Translations under genes and position numbers: made by a program
Shown: one piece after another, positions 19,301 to 28,962 of the stretch
How the letters are laid out: each line of letters begins with the position of its first letter
Position numbering within the stretch: position 1 is the first letter of the stretch
Source: a virus
Lineage: Duplodnaviria > Caudoviricetes
Reading direction: 5' to 3' (one strand)
Virus record (IMG/VR): IMGVR_UViG_3300049846_000236
Location: 1 to 56,702 of that record
Length of the DNA stretch: 56,702 bases
The notes under the pieces: model-generated
What the model saw: only the letters and a program-made list of their open reading frames with translations
What the model was told of the DNA's origin: nothing
The model's database searches: none

Positions 19301-19877
19301 TAATACCCTGTGGATTTCCGATATGTGTATTCATCTTGGCGACAAGTTTATTAGCATCTACCGCTGTGTCGAACTCGATAGTTACTCTAAGCGCTCTAGA
19401 ACCATCTGCGAGTTTGCAGGAAAACTGTCCCGGTGTCCTACCATTAGCGTCAGTCTTGGCTAGCGTTCTAGCACTAGAAATCCAGTATTGGAAAACATTG
19501 TCCCTACCGGCAAAGTAGCAGCGAGGATACTTCTTGTTATCTGTACGCTTAGTTTCGTTTAGCGAATACTTAGCGAACTTAACGGTATTAACGCCCTCCT
19601 GGTTTTGCGTAGAGTAATTGGTGCCCCAGGAGTCGTACAGTGTCGAGTAAACAATTCCTGGGTCGCGCTGTGGCCTCGTAATGGAGGTAATTGGGAACAG
19701 ATCGTCGTATCCACGGTCCACACCCCACGCCTTCTGCTCATCGGTTTGAGTAGTCCTTGGGAAGTCGGCTGTTACTGTGGTATACCTAATCATGTTCCAC
19801 TCACCAAGAACCTGCGGAACAGCGTTGTTGGTGCTGGTATCCTCAATAGCCGTTTTAATAAACGGCTTGGAAATCAT
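16395..19877 (-). CDS. minor tail protein (tail tip/hub)
   Basis: 1160 aa, second gene after the tape measure; VYFDEFGRLQI and GNPLIQVGDIVSV motifs of phage tail hub proteins. Confidence 0.8.
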   Translation of the reverse strand: MISKPFIKTAIEDTSTNNAVPQVLGEWNMIRYTTVTADFPRTTQTDEQKAWGVDRGYDDLFPITSITRPQRDPGIVYSTLYDSWGTNYSTQNQEGVNTVKFAKYSLNETKRTDNKKYPRCYFAGRDNVFQYWISSARTLAKTDANGRTPGQFSCKLADGSRALRVTIEFDTAVDANKLVAKMNTHIGNPQGIKFEVKISGSWTTVATGINCSDNGIVEIYRPAAGGTWTTTPVYYTTAAPNSVSIQGIRMSVDSMLRILPSAATENAVNASLELIEFTPRLVIDLSERTESYSVDNELGMENGDLMIGSASTNTGNIVFSNDDGFLDTVSSQSLLNGKLDEFVEFQVNLIYNSSIGGTATDRTVRQLTMVSDNWTSESQDTTTVNLVDYSKALQETNAQETLVTNIPAFAAIWLLCDGAGFGRADVNRSTATEDDYMIEWFWADPDKKVWEIIQEIASSFQLAVYFDEFGRLQITTRKYLFDRDSELPSGTTSDLTLYGVPSGAHLSNIISDQRKESEIFNWAKVKYKAANKFFTARGHRRTTRAPMWKAEDPMFVGAAEIIQSFAQGATQIKVQTVDDTLFKYRGRFVVEDTGKMYEYDAKKYQLFGGGTVWVSSDTDMIYAIEQNNGIRPTFTGWLRLPDPAAAGINAIYYEFRQNWKCMKFAKDSGTGQNDMAPIKFVRRDSGGDKGGYLKITTNFTGGSRYKIWKDSASYDKYDRVGVKFKFADGDDPEIGVVIFPTGNHFAGGYHISVAPQIFGPLPGVDGDRVNLSTLASDVNVVRVNGTGGEKQLPRTIDFVQFADYRQEKTYESPRITKTDWTYLEVLVTGNDKDWRFAVFINGNFVGEWADKSDATLSRTKKAQFFVKGDGKVLVDKFYVVNTVGINDYKRGYLYNLSRKDKAHSDKAAPGDKLFNKYLQHWMSRKSDARCWVYNFNHGGWATAREIAHYKADFEMPATSQEIISSNKNVMVSRYKKRPLGASFTLHNRSEKLQMVNGERETNVADARRNETFLIAGSTLFLGAEQTLDYKDKDLIDQFGEKTVELTGTWIQRRESAEDLGKFIRDRFGTQTSNYDLEIYGNPLIQVGDIVSVYWPGKRIANFTYVVTKVSNSWNNGLDTNISMSMRITSPPAKNYTTNDDSVEANAAKPPGYTTQAVDSV

Positions 19878-20362
19878 ACTTCCTCCAAGGAAAGGCTAAC
19901 GTTCCAGAGGTCCGTTATTACAGAAACTCCTCTTTCCATCCTGACATTACGCTTTGCAATGTCGTAGGAGAAGTCAGAAAACCTCATGGTATATCTGTCA
20001 CCGGCTGAAATGACCGCTGACTCTAATGTGCCTCTTGCTGCTAGGTCGCGGCTGTAAAGGAATACATAAAATTCCTTGTCATAGTATGATCGGTAAAAGT
20101 CTAGAAGATCCCAGCCGCCCTTGTATCCGTCGAGTGTGTGCTGATATGTCGCTGGGAGGCCGTCCCACGAAACCTGAAAGGAAGTTTTCTGTGCTACAAC
20201 GTATGAACGCATTGTTCCATTTACAGTGCGCTTACGGTTTTCAATGATTTCCTCGGTAGCATTTAGTTCGCTGCGGTTATGCTCAGAAAGGAAGCCGTCC
20301 TTGGCACCGGCTCCGGTGTCCTTAAAGTAGATAAGACTGTTTACGGGTAGAGTCAATGGCAT
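19874..20362 (-). CDS. distal tail protein-like
   Basis: Immediately follows the tape measure; C-terminal WNVSLSLEEV. Confidence 0.7.
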   Translation of the reverse strand: MPLTLPVNSLIYFKDTGAGAKDGFLSEHNRSELNATEEIIENRKRTVNGTMRSYVVAQKTSFQVSWDGLPATYQHTLDGYKGGWDLLDFYRSYYDKEFYVFLYSRDLAARGTLESAVISAGDRYTMRFSDFSYDIAKRNVRMERGVSVITDLWNVSLSLEEV

Positions 20363-23300
20363 TAGATTCTCCTACTCCTTCCGCTTCTAACCTGCTGCTT
20401 CCTTTCGTGCTTCACAACGAAACGCTCGAAGGCACGCTCAAGGTCAACCTCGGAACTTAGATTTTCAATGGTCACATCAAAATTATACTCGTTTCCGCCC
20501 ATGTTTGCAATATTCTTCTCGAACTTGTCAGTCAGGGCGCTCGTAAGTACGGTTTCCCCCTTGTGAAGATTAGCAACCGTGTTATCATAGTTGATTCTGC
20601 CGCCCTTGCGTAGACCGGGAATTCCCAGGGTGTGCGGATCTGCCTGGTTCGAATATGAGCCTCCCCTTCTGGCCTCGAAGTGAAGGTGGGGACCGAATGA
20701 ATTTCCTGTATTTCCAGAGTATCCAATAATCTGACCAGCCTTAATCATTCCAGAATCTGCCTTGTCACGGCTGAGGTGAGCATAAACAAACCCGAATCCA
20801 TTAGCATCTAGCATGTACCAGTTACCATATGATCCAAATGCGAACGGCTGGTTTGTCAGTTTACCGCTGGTAACCGCTCTCAGCGGTGTTCCCTCTGGCA
20901 TTGGAATGTCTGTTCCGGTTCCGCCGTGCTGTGCGAGTGTCCTTCCAACCTGGTAATTTCCGACCCAAGGCTTAGTGTAACCCTCATTGGCAGACATTCC
21001 AGAGAGCACTGCGCGAGCCTCGTCCTCCCACTTTGCGTATGCGTCAGGATATGCACTAACCTGAACTCTCTGAGCGGCTTCTGCTAGACCTAACTGGTCC
21101 CTGTCCTTAATCGCTAGCAGCCTGCTAAAGAACTTCCTAGAAGCATACTTCGGATTGGTAATTTGCTTAGGAGTTCCCCAGCCCATTGACGGACGCTGCT
21201 GGAACAGTCCTAGCGAGTCGTGGTCTACAGCAGTCTTGTAATTGTGTAGAGTTGACTCCTGCATGGCCGTCATAAGACCAATGATAAGGTCTCTGTGTGT
21301 TGCACCCATATTTTTTCCGACACTTACAATGATTGCTGCGTTCCTCAACTGCTCTGCACTAAATGCTGTTCCGCCATAATTTCCAGGGGCCCCGGCAGAC
21401 ATATCGTAGTCACCACCCCGCCCCGTAGCAGACTTAAGCAGCGCTACGAGCATGGCCATTGGAGCAGCAACAGAAGCAGACTCTAGCATTGCCGATGCTG
21501 TAAGAGTATTAGTCATATCACCAACGATACCACCCTTGGCGAACGCAGGTATGCTTCCGCTGTTAATTCCGTCAAGCGTGGTCTTACCGTACTTCTTTAC
21601 GGAGGCTGCTCGGATAACATACTCCCCATTAGAGAGTCTTGCGGGAATAGAGTCAGAGGTCCCTGATCCCGGCCCGGTAATAAACCCTCCAGTCGCGTGG
21701 CCGTCCTGCGGACGGTGACTCATCATCTGCTTGAATGTCGTAGGCTTTGGAACACCATTCTTCACCCACTCCATAAGGGTGCTTGCCAGGTCGGGATCAA
21801 TATTCATGTTATCGATAAGTGCTGTCGTTATTCCATTCCAATTACCACTCTGAATTGAATTACGAATCTCACTGGCAGCGGTCTTTCCAACCTTTCCAAA
21901 CGCCGACTCCCACACCTTAATAAAGGCATCAGCCTGCCCCCTGCTATCAGCACCGATAAGTTCTAGGGACCTCTTCATCTTCTCTCTCATATTGGTGTTA
22001 GCGTTTTCCCAAATTCTTTGAATCTTATCAGCAAGATTCTGGTACTCCTCCTGCTCATCGTCAACGGTATTCTTTAGTGCTTTAAGTTCCGCCTGCTGAG
22101 CGTCACGGAAATCATCTAGATTTTCATCAATGGCCTCTGCTCGCCTGTCAAGAACTTCCATCTGGTGTTCTAGTTGTCGGTTCTCCTGACGGATAGCCTT
22201 CAACTTCTCCTTGATTGGAGCAATTTCTTCCTTACGCTTCTGATTAAGTTTTTTAATCTTCTCCTCTGCGCGAGCAGCAGACTTTTCCCGCTCCGACTCC
22301 TGCTCCCTCTGCTTCTTAATAGCATCCATATCGAGACGAATACGAGCAGCCTCGAAGAGTTGACCAGTAGCAATGGCCTCCTCGTATGAGATTTCCATAT
22401 TTCGCATTTCCTGACGGCGCTGGAATCTCTCCTCTTCCTTGTCAAAGGCAGCCTGCTTCTTCTCTTCCGCACGCTCTATCTGGGCAATTTCTCTGTCGTA
22501 ATATTTCTCAATCTTATCTATGTCGCGTTGGTAGGCCGCAGCGCGCTTATCCAATAGATCAATCTGATCCTGAATTGCGTCCTGTTGGTCCTGAATTGCT
22601 TCCTTAGCCCTTTCAGCCTGCCTTTCCTCTGCGGCTAGAGCACGCTCCTGCTCCTTAATTAAATCATCCACATCCTCCTGCGTAACACTCGGCTCAGGAA
22701 TCATTGCTGCGAACGCGGTTGGCATAGCATCGCCCATAGCACTAAATATTCCAGGTAGGTTGGCTGCCGCGTCATTCGCATCAAGCAGGGTTTGAACAAG
22801 GGCCGCCGATCCGGTTAGGACGTCCCTCTGTGCTGCATATACAAGATCGTAACCGTTGGGTAGGCTATTTCCAACAATATCTGCAACGCCAGCGGCCCCA
22901 GACCTATATGCTTCAAAGAATTCTCTCAAGTCTTGGGTGGGCAGGGCTTCCAGGAACGCGGCCCTTTGATCCGCACTCCACTCCCCAAAAATGGTCTTCA
23001 TATCATCTGTCATATTGCCAGAGAGCCCGAATTGGCTGATAAGATCTATTGTTTTTCCATCTTCATTTTGGTAGACTAGGCTACCCCAATCGATACCCTT
23101 CTGCTCAGCGAGAGTCGTAGCCATCTTGTTAATTCTATTCCAGTATTCTTCAATTACCTCTTCTGGCTCCGCCCCCTTTTTAAGACCAGCGGTCATGGCT
23201 TCGCCCTCAGACTGCCCCCATTCGTATGCTCGCTGATTAGACTCTGCCTCGTGCTTGTCCTGGTTCCACCACCACCCCCCGCCCCAGGTTCCCAACTGAT

Positions 23301-26300
23301 CTGAGCCGAGCGAATCCGCAGTCTGCTGTAGAGCACTCTGCAGGCTATCCTTCGCAGCCTTTCTAGTGTCTACGCCTTCCAGCCTGGTCTGTACAGTAAG
23401 AATATTGCCCTTCTTATCTGCCTGCATTTGAATAGAATCAATAATGTTCTTAGCCTTCTCAGCAGACATTCCAGACATAAGCAACTTATCGTAAATAATT
23501 ATGGCAGCGGTTGCAGCCTCTTCCGCAGTAGCATCAGCCATTGCTGCGATTTGTTCTGAGAAGTTATCTGTTACCTTCTGGTTAAACTCATCCAGTTTTC
23601 TTGGAGCATCCTGTGGTATAAAGTCTGAGTTGATCCATCCTGAAACACCAAAATCTAGAGTCTTCCACTTCTTAACATTGAATGCTTCTCCAATTTCTTG
23701 TTCCAGTTGTGTTCCTACGAACTGGGATGCCAGAGCCCATTCCTTCTTAAAGTCTTCTGCAGCCTTTCTTCCAGCCTCCGTCACCTTATCATAAATTACT
23801 GATGCAGCCCCGGCAGCAACAGCACCGGCAGCCATTCCCCAGGGCCCTCCGATCATTCCGACCATGCTTCCCATCATTGCGGCGTTGGAAGCATTTGAAA
23901 TCATAGAATCCTGAGGTGCTACCATAGAACCAATCATCGGAAGCATCATGGCAGCACTTCCTACGCCCATAGCGGTCTTACCACTAAACTTACTCATCCA
24001 TCCACCGCTGCCCTTAGCGTCAGTCTGAGCCTTTTCAAGAGCCAGTTGTTCAAGTTCCTCTAGGGTGGACGCCTGCTCCGCTGTCAGGCCAGCCTTGGTA
24101 AACGTTAGTTTCTGCTCTTCGTTGAGTAGTCCTGAATTTCTAAGTTGAGCAATCTTTTGTTCCGCAGAAAGATCAGACTGTGCAATCTTTAGGCCCTCTC
24201 TCTGCAGTGCGAGTTCTTCCTTCTCCATAGCCTTCTGCTGCTCAAGCACGAGCCTCTGATTTCTATAATGCAGTTGGGCTTCCTGATGCATTTTCTTTTC
24301 TATTGCTGCACGCTCCATAGCCTCATCAGTAGTTTGCTTAGCCAGGGCATTAATAGTTTTGGCACTAGATTCAGACATATCTCCAGTTCTAGCACTTATT
24401 GGCACACCGGTTACTCCAGCGCCTGGTACAGCCCTGAATCCACCATTGGCCATCTGCTTGGACACACCCATGAGTTCCCCGGTAGCCCTGTCAATTGCTA
24501 CTAGATACTGCTGTCCCTCACTTTCCATAAGTTGGAACTTTATAGTGGTCTCATCGATCTGCTGGGTCATTCTGGTCATTGCCGCAGCAACGCTCTCCAT
24601 AGGAATTTGCTGTGCAAGATTCGCGCTGGTATCTCCAACATGCCTTGCAAGGCTGTCGATCATAGTGTTGTATCTGCGCTGAGCAACACCTGTCTTTTTG
24701 GTTTCTACCGCCTGCTCTTCAAGAATTTGGGTCGCGGCGTTAGTTGCAGCAATTAGTTTTTGATCTGCTACCATCCAACTGTCTGAGAGTCCCCTCGGCT
24801 GACTTGGAAGAACCTCTCGGTCTGCTGCATAATCTCCGGGGCCATATCTAACACCCTTAAAGTTGCTTGAAGTTCCAATAGTTGGTTGATCAGAGAAGTA
24901 GCCGCTTCCATACCTTAATTCTGTAGAACTTTTAACCGCCCTAACATATGCCCTTTCAGCGGCCAGTGCGTCTTTGCTATTGGTCGCAGCCGCCTTTGCC
25001 TCCATCTGTGTAACTTCTTTCCACGCATTAATTTTCTGCTGAGTTTCTAAGGTATCCCCAAGAGCCGCCTTAATTTTAGCGCTCTGAATAGCAATAAACT
25101 TATCAAGGTCTGCTGCAGCCCTCAAGTCTCCGGTCGGCCTTGAGACTGAGAAGAACGGCATTGTGTCCTTGGCAATATCATTTTGCTCCTTAGAGGCGAA
25201 GCCCCACCCCATCGTATCAAAGTTGTACGCTCTTCCGGTCGGTGGAACGTAGCCCATTTCCTTCATAAGCATTTCACGCATACCAGGAGTTTGTAGAGAT
25301 GTGTCTAGGGATCGAGGAATAAAGTGCGCTCTTGACATTGGCACTGTTCCGGACTGCCAACCGGAGTGTGTGGTTGACCAGGGCCCGCCGGTTAGATCAG
25401 ACTTGGCCACGACCGCCGCAGCAGCGGTTGCGGAAGCAGTAGTAGAGGCGGTGTTACTAAGCCCCTGATAGGCCATCTTTAATTCTTCAATACCTCTAGT
25501 CAGAACCTTCTGAGCAGTGGTCTGATCGTACATGCTCTTTGTAAGTTGATCAATTGCATTGTCAGCCTGGAAAGATTCTGCTGTAAGCATTTCGAAGGTT
25601 CGGGATATACCCTTGCCAGAGGTCATTGACTTAAATCCGTTGCTAAGCCTTAGTACACCCTTAAGAATCATACCAAGCATGTTTCCGAATAGACCCATAA
25701 GCATGATGACAGGACCAATAGCAGCAGCGGCCATTCCAAGATACTTAACTATTTGCAAAAGCCATTCATTGTCTTGAAGGAATCCGAAAACCTTGTTAAG
25801 CCCTTTTAGTGCCCATGTTCCAAGTTTCAAAAGATCTTCTCCGACCTCAGCAATATTAATTTTAAAGGTCTCCCAGGCTCTCGTCCACTGTCCAGAAACA
25901 GAGTCTGCCTGCGCTGCAACTTCCTGATCGGCCAACTTTCCAAGGTTCTCCATACTTGTGCCCATAAGGTCTAGAACCTTTTGAGTTTGAGAACCCTGCG
26001 CCCCAAGGTTATTGAAAAATGCGTTCATCCTTGCGAACTGATATTTACCGAATAGTTTGGTGATTACCTGCTGGCGCGCTAGGTCGTCTAGCCCCTGCAA
26101 CTCTTTCTGAAAGGCCATAAGTGTTGGAGTAAGTTCACCAGCATTGTCCTTGACAATTTTTGGAAGATTAATTCCAAATTCTTTCATGAATTCGGTAGCA
26201 GCCTTCGGAGGAGCAATAATGCTAGAAAGACCTGACTTTAGAGCGTTAGCACCTTCCGCCGCGCTAATTCCACCTTCTCTCATGGCTACCATATATAGTG

Positions 26301-27369
26301 CGAGGTCTTCTACGCTTCCCCCCAGACCCTCTACAACGGTTCCGGCGCGTGGAATAGCCTCTACCAGATCCTGCAGAGATGCCGACGTTTGGTTTTCTAC
26401 CGCGTTCAGGAATAGAACAGAGTCAGCAACCTCATCTGTGGACATTTTGAATGCTGACTGTAGAGCAACGGTAGCCTTCATTGCCTCCTGGCGGTCAACC
26501 TCGCCAAGCGTTGCAAGTTTCGTAGTCTGCTCGGTCATTCTCATAAGGTCGTTGCCTTCAAATCCGGTAGCAGCAAGGTCGGCCATTAGAGCGGCGGTTT
26601 CGGTTCCCGCCTGTCCATACGCCTTAGCCATATCTTTAGTCATGGCAATTGCTGACTCTCTGACCATTTCAGACTGCTTCTTGAAGTCATCCCCGAATGT
26701 AAACCCAGAGCCATAAACCTTCTGCAATCTTACAAGTTCCTGATCAAGGTCCTTGAATGTCTTAGCGGCTAGTCCACCAGCAATCATAAGCGGAACGGTA
26801 AAACCAACCATCAACTGACGACCGGCCCACTGAGTATTCTTACCCCAGTTAACCATTTGCGTAGCACCTTGCTGTGCCGTGGCATTAAAGACTTCCCAAG
26901 ACTTGTTTGCTACACGCATCTGCGTTGTGAAGTCTTTATTCAGTCCGGTCGGGGTAAGAACCCTTGCGGTGGCCCTGCCTGTCGAGTCAACGCCCTGCGG
27001 CATAAGAACCGAGTTCTGCATTTGGACCTGCTGCCTGGCCAGACTGCGAATAAGGCTCTCACGCCCAGTAACATACCTCTTGGTTTCTGTAAACGCCTGA
27101 CGCATTGTCAACTGTTGACGTGCTAAGGCGTCGGAGAAGATGTCTGTGTGAGACTTCATCGTAACCATCTGCTGAGTGAACTGTCCAGAAGTTGTCAGCA
27201 TCCTGCCGAACTGAGCATTTGCAGCCTGTAGATCGATGTTAGACATGCTTCGATCAACAGCAGTCATGCTGCCTGCGACAGCCATCAACTCTGCGTTAAG
27301 AGTCTGAACCTGCTTGTGCAGGCTAGACAGGTTACCAGTTACAAGAAAATCAATCTTTACCTGACTCAT
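20362..27369 (-). CDS. tape measure protein with C-terminal lytic transglycosylase-like and M23 peptidase domains
   Basis: 2335 aa, Ala/Gln-rich helical and coiled-coil sequence with a TP901-type TMP core. TAMQES...SLGLFQQRPSMGWG (transglycosylase-like) and HGGTGTD...YAHL...GPHLHFE (M23). Confidence 0.93.
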   Translation of the reverse strand: MSQVKIDFLVTGNLSSLHKQVQTLNAELMAVAGSMTAVDRSMSNIDLQAANAQFGRMLTTSGQFTQQMVTMKSHTDIFSDALARQQLTMRQAFTETKRYVTGRESLIRSLARQQVQMQNSVLMPQGVDSTGRATARVLTPTGLNKDFTTQMRVANKSWEVFNATAQQGATQMVNWGKNTQWAGRQLMVGFTVPLMIAGGLAAKTFKDLDQELVRLQKVYGSGFTFGDDFKKQSEMVRESAIAMTKDMAKAYGQAGTETAALMADLAATGFEGNDLMRMTEQTTKLATLGEVDRQEAMKATVALQSAFKMSTDEVADSVLFLNAVENQTSASLQDLVEAIPRAGTVVEGLGGSVEDLALYMVAMREGGISAAEGANALKSGLSSIIAPPKAATEFMKEFGINLPKIVKDNAGELTPTLMAFQKELQGLDDLARQQVITKLFGKYQFARMNAFFNNLGAQGSQTQKVLDLMGTSMENLGKLADQEVAAQADSVSGQWTRAWETFKINIAEVGEDLLKLGTWALKGLNKVFGFLQDNEWLLQIVKYLGMAAAAIGPVIMLMGLFGNMLGMILKGVLRLSNGFKSMTSGKGISRTFEMLTAESFQADNAIDQLTKSMYDQTTAQKVLTRGIEELKMAYQGLSNTASTTASATAAAAVVAKSDLTGGPWSTTHSGWQSGTVPMSRAHFIPRSLDTSLQTPGMREMLMKEMGYVPPTGRAYNFDTMGWGFASKEQNDIAKDTMPFFSVSRPTGDLRAAADLDKFIAIQSAKIKAALGDTLETQQKINAWKEVTQMEAKAAATNSKDALAAERAYVRAVKSSTELRYGSGYFSDQPTIGTSSNFKGVRYGPGDYAADREVLPSQPRGLSDSWMVADQKLIAATNAATQILEEQAVETKKTGVAQRRYNTMIDSLARHVGDTSANLAQQIPMESVAAAMTRMTQQIDETTIKFQLMESEGQQYLVAIDRATGELMGVSKQMANGGFRAVPGAGVTGVPISARTGDMSESSAKTINALAKQTTDEAMERAAIEKKMHQEAQLHYRNQRLVLEQQKAMEKEELALQREGLKIAQSDLSAEQKIAQLRNSGLLNEEQKLTFTKAGLTAEQASTLEELEQLALEKAQTDAKGSGGWMSKFSGKTAMGVGSAAMMLPMIGSMVAPQDSMISNASNAAMMGSMVGMIGGPWGMAAGAVAAGAASVIYDKVTEAGRKAAEDFKKEWALASQFVGTQLEQEIGEAFNVKKWKTLDFGVSGWINSDFIPQDAPRKLDEFNQKVTDNFSEQIAAMADATAEEAATAAIIIYDKLLMSGMSAEKAKNIIDSIQMQADKKGNILTVQTRLEGVDTRKAAKDSLQSALQQTADSLGSDQLGTWGGGWWWNQDKHEAESNQRAYEWGQSEGEAMTAGLKKGAEPEEVIEEYWNRINKMATTLAEQKGIDWGSLVYQNEDGKTIDLISQFGLSGNMTDDMKTIFGEWSADQRAAFLEALPTQDLREFFEAYRSGAAGVADIVGNSLPNGYDLVYAAQRDVLTGSAALVQTLLDANDAAANLPGIFSAMGDAMPTAFAAMIPEPSVTQEDVDDLIKEQERALAAEERQAERAKEAIQDQQDAIQDQIDLLDKRAAAYQRDIDKIEKYYDREIAQIERAEEKKQAAFDKEEERFQRRQEMRNMEISYEEAIATGQLFEAARIRLDMDAIKKQREQESEREKSAARAEEKIKKLNQKRKEEIAPIKEKLKAIRQENRQLEHQMEVLDRRAEAIDENLDDFRDAQQAELKALKNTVDDEQEEYQNLADKIQRIWENANTNMREKMKRSLELIGADSRGQADAFIKVWESAFGKVGKTAASEIRNSIQSGNWNGITTALIDNMNIDPDLASTLMEWVKNGVPKPTTFKQMMSHRPQDGHATGGFITGPGSGTSDSIPARLSNGEYVIRAASVKKYGKTTLDGINSGSIPAFAKGGIVGDMTNTLTASAMLESASVAAPMAMLVALLKSATGRGGDYDMSAGAPGNYGGTAFSAEQLRNAAIIVSVGKNMGATHRDLIIGLMTAMQESTLHNYKTAVDHDSLGLFQQRPSMGWGTPKQITNPKYASRKFFSRLLAIKDRDQLGLAEAAQRVQVSAYPDAYAKWEDEARAVLSGMSANEGYTKPWVGNYQVGRTLAQHGGTGTDIPMPEGTPLRAVTSGKLTNQPFAFGSYGNWYMLDANGFGFVYAHLSRDKADSGMIKAGQIIGYSGNTGNSFGPHLHFEARRGGSYSNQADPHTLGIPGLRKGGRINYDNTVANLHKGETVLTSALTDKFEKNIANMGGNEYNFDVTIENLSSEVDLERAFERFVVKHERKQQVRSGRSRRI

Positions 27370-27749
27370 ACGATGTTGTAGTTAAGACCTCCTTCGATTC
27401 CGATTCCAAACCCTTCCTCATGTGCAATATTTCCGCTAAGACCTAGGATATCGTCAGGGTCACCGCCCTGTGCGCGAATAGCCGCATCACGCCTGATCTG
27501 CTCGAAGGTGCGGGGGCCTTCCTCTCCCGGCTCGTCCGGAATTGAAACCCCCTGCATTGCTGCATGGAACTTGTAGTCCTTCCACTTAGCCCTGCGGGAA
27601 GCCTCCAGGGTGGCTAGCAATTCTGGCATAGACAACTTCTCTTCGAGTTCCTCGTAATTTTCCCAGTGCCCGAGTAAAAATGCCTCTGCCTCCATTTCTG
27701 CTAGGTTTAGATCAGCCCAGGTAGGGCCGCTTCCCCCCGTAGATTTGGG
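27366..27749 (-). CDS. tail assembly chaperone, -1 frameshifted C-terminal extension (gpGT-like)
   Basis: The -1 frame is open from the slippery heptamer CCCAAAT (27749-27743) through TWADLNLAEMEAEAFLLGHW to the stop at 27366. Confidence 0.8.
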   Translation of the reverse strand, partial: PKSTGGSGPTWADLNLAEMEAEAFLLGHWENYEELEEKLSMPELLATLEASRRAKWKDYKFHAAMQGVSIPDEPGEEGPRTFEQIRRDAAIRAQGGDPDDILGLSGNIAHEEGFGIGIEGGLNYNIV

Positions 27750-28084
27750 CCACCGAGGGAAATACCTGCTGCCACCTCCAGAATCTTCCAGATGGTCGGA
27801 ATGTCTAGAGCCTCTTCAAACTTGTCATTATCCTTCACCAGATCTGGGAGTTGCTTCTCCAAGCAAATCTTAGTTGCTTCAATTAGAAATGAGAGATTGT
27901 CCTCGTCATCATTAGAAATCGGATTGTCAGAAGACTCTTCTGCCCCATCCTCCTTAACGACCTTGTTCATATCCTCAATAACCTTCATTACTTTACGAAG
28001 ACGCTTTAGATCGAGCGGGCGCACCTGTACTTCTGTGCCGTCCTGCAATTCTAGATCCAAAATGTCATATACAGTAGTTGCCAA
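27707..28084 (-). CDS. tail assembly chaperone (gpG-like)
   Basis: Between major tail protein and tape measure; TTG start after AGGAGG. Confidence 0.85.
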   Translation of the reverse strand: MATTVYDILDLELQDGTEVQVRPLDLKRLRKVMKVIEDMNKVVKEDGAEESSDNPISNDDEDNLSFLIEATKICLEKQLPDLVKDNDKFEEALDIPTIWKILEVAAGISLGGPNLRGEAALPGLI

Positions 28085-28108
28085 AATGACCTCCTTATTG
28101 TCTATCTA

Positions 28109-28137
28109 ATTATATGGTAAAGGGCATATAAACGCAA
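28109..28137 (-). promoter_or_regulatory. promoter for chaperone/tape measure
   Basis: TTGCGT-17-TATAAT directly abutting the upstream terminator hairpin. Confidence 0.6.
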
Positions 28138-28163
28138 GGCGGGCACCCATTTGGGTGCCCGCC
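28138..28163 (-). terminator. terminator after major tail protein
   Basis: GGCGGGCACCC-4 nt-GGGTGCCCGCC, a perfect 11-bp stem followed by TTGCGTTT. Confidence 0.7.
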
Positions 28164-28185
28164 AAGCAACTACTGTATTTAGTTA

Positions 28186-28890
28186 TTAGGAAACATCTAC
28201 TACTCGACCATAAGAAGAGTAAGATGCAAGTGTGTCTGGAAGGAGACGGAACGACACCGGGAAAACCGTTGCCTCGCTGCGGCGCATTGCGCTGCTGGAA
28301 GCCTCTACGGATAGAGCACGGGTTGCCAAGTATACACGCTGCTTGTATGTAGTAGCCGTGTTCGGAGCGTTTCCAACGAATAGTAGACACTTTTCAATCG
28401 GAGCCTCACCGAGAGCACCACCAGACATACGAACCTCTTCACCAGCAGTACCGGTGAACTTAGTTCCTGTGCCCTGTGCCCAAACTGTTAGAAGGTTGTC
28501 CAGTGTTGCCTCCGCGAATGTGGTAGCAACAGAAACTGTCATCTTCTGCTTGAACAACTTAGCAGCGTCTAGCAACTGGTCAACCTCAACCTCACCGAAG
28601 TCAGGCTGGTACTGTACCTCTACACCCTCCTGAGTAAGACCAACGTCCTTGAACTGAATGTTACCTGCTGGGGCTGGAGAGGTACCTCCTGCACCAGTCA
28701 TAGCAACCGGAGTTGCAGCACCAGAAGATCCGCTAAGGCCGCTAACCCATCCACGGAAGTCCTTTGTGGGACCTACGGCACCCTTAACAACGGTCCATAC
28801 CTGGTCGCCATTTCCTGCGAAGTCGTGAGAGTATGTTCCAACGGCTAGGTTGGCTGCACCAACGAGAATATTGCTTGTACTTTGCGACAT
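28186..28890 (-). CDS. major tail (tube) protein
   Basis: NILVGAA...DVGLTQEGVEVQYQP...EVEVDQ motifs; strong GGAGGTG RBS; position before the chaperone. Confidence 0.9.
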   Translation of the reverse strand: MSQSTSNILVGAANLAVGTYSHDFAGNGDQVWTVVKGAVGPTKDFRGWVSGLSGSSGAATPVAMTGAGGTSPAPAGNIQFKDVGLTQEGVEVQYQPDFGEVEVDQLLDAAKLFKQKMTVSVATTFAEATLDNLLTVWAQGTGTKFTGTAGEEVRMSGGALGEAPIEKCLLFVGNAPNTATTYKQRVYLATRALSVEASSSAMRRSEATVFPVSFRLLPDTLASYSSYGRVVDVS

Positions 28891-28962
28891 ATTTTATATT
28901 TCACCTCCCTGTGTCATGGGTTATTTCTTGCTTCGCCAGTTCTTATAGTACCGTGAATATTC

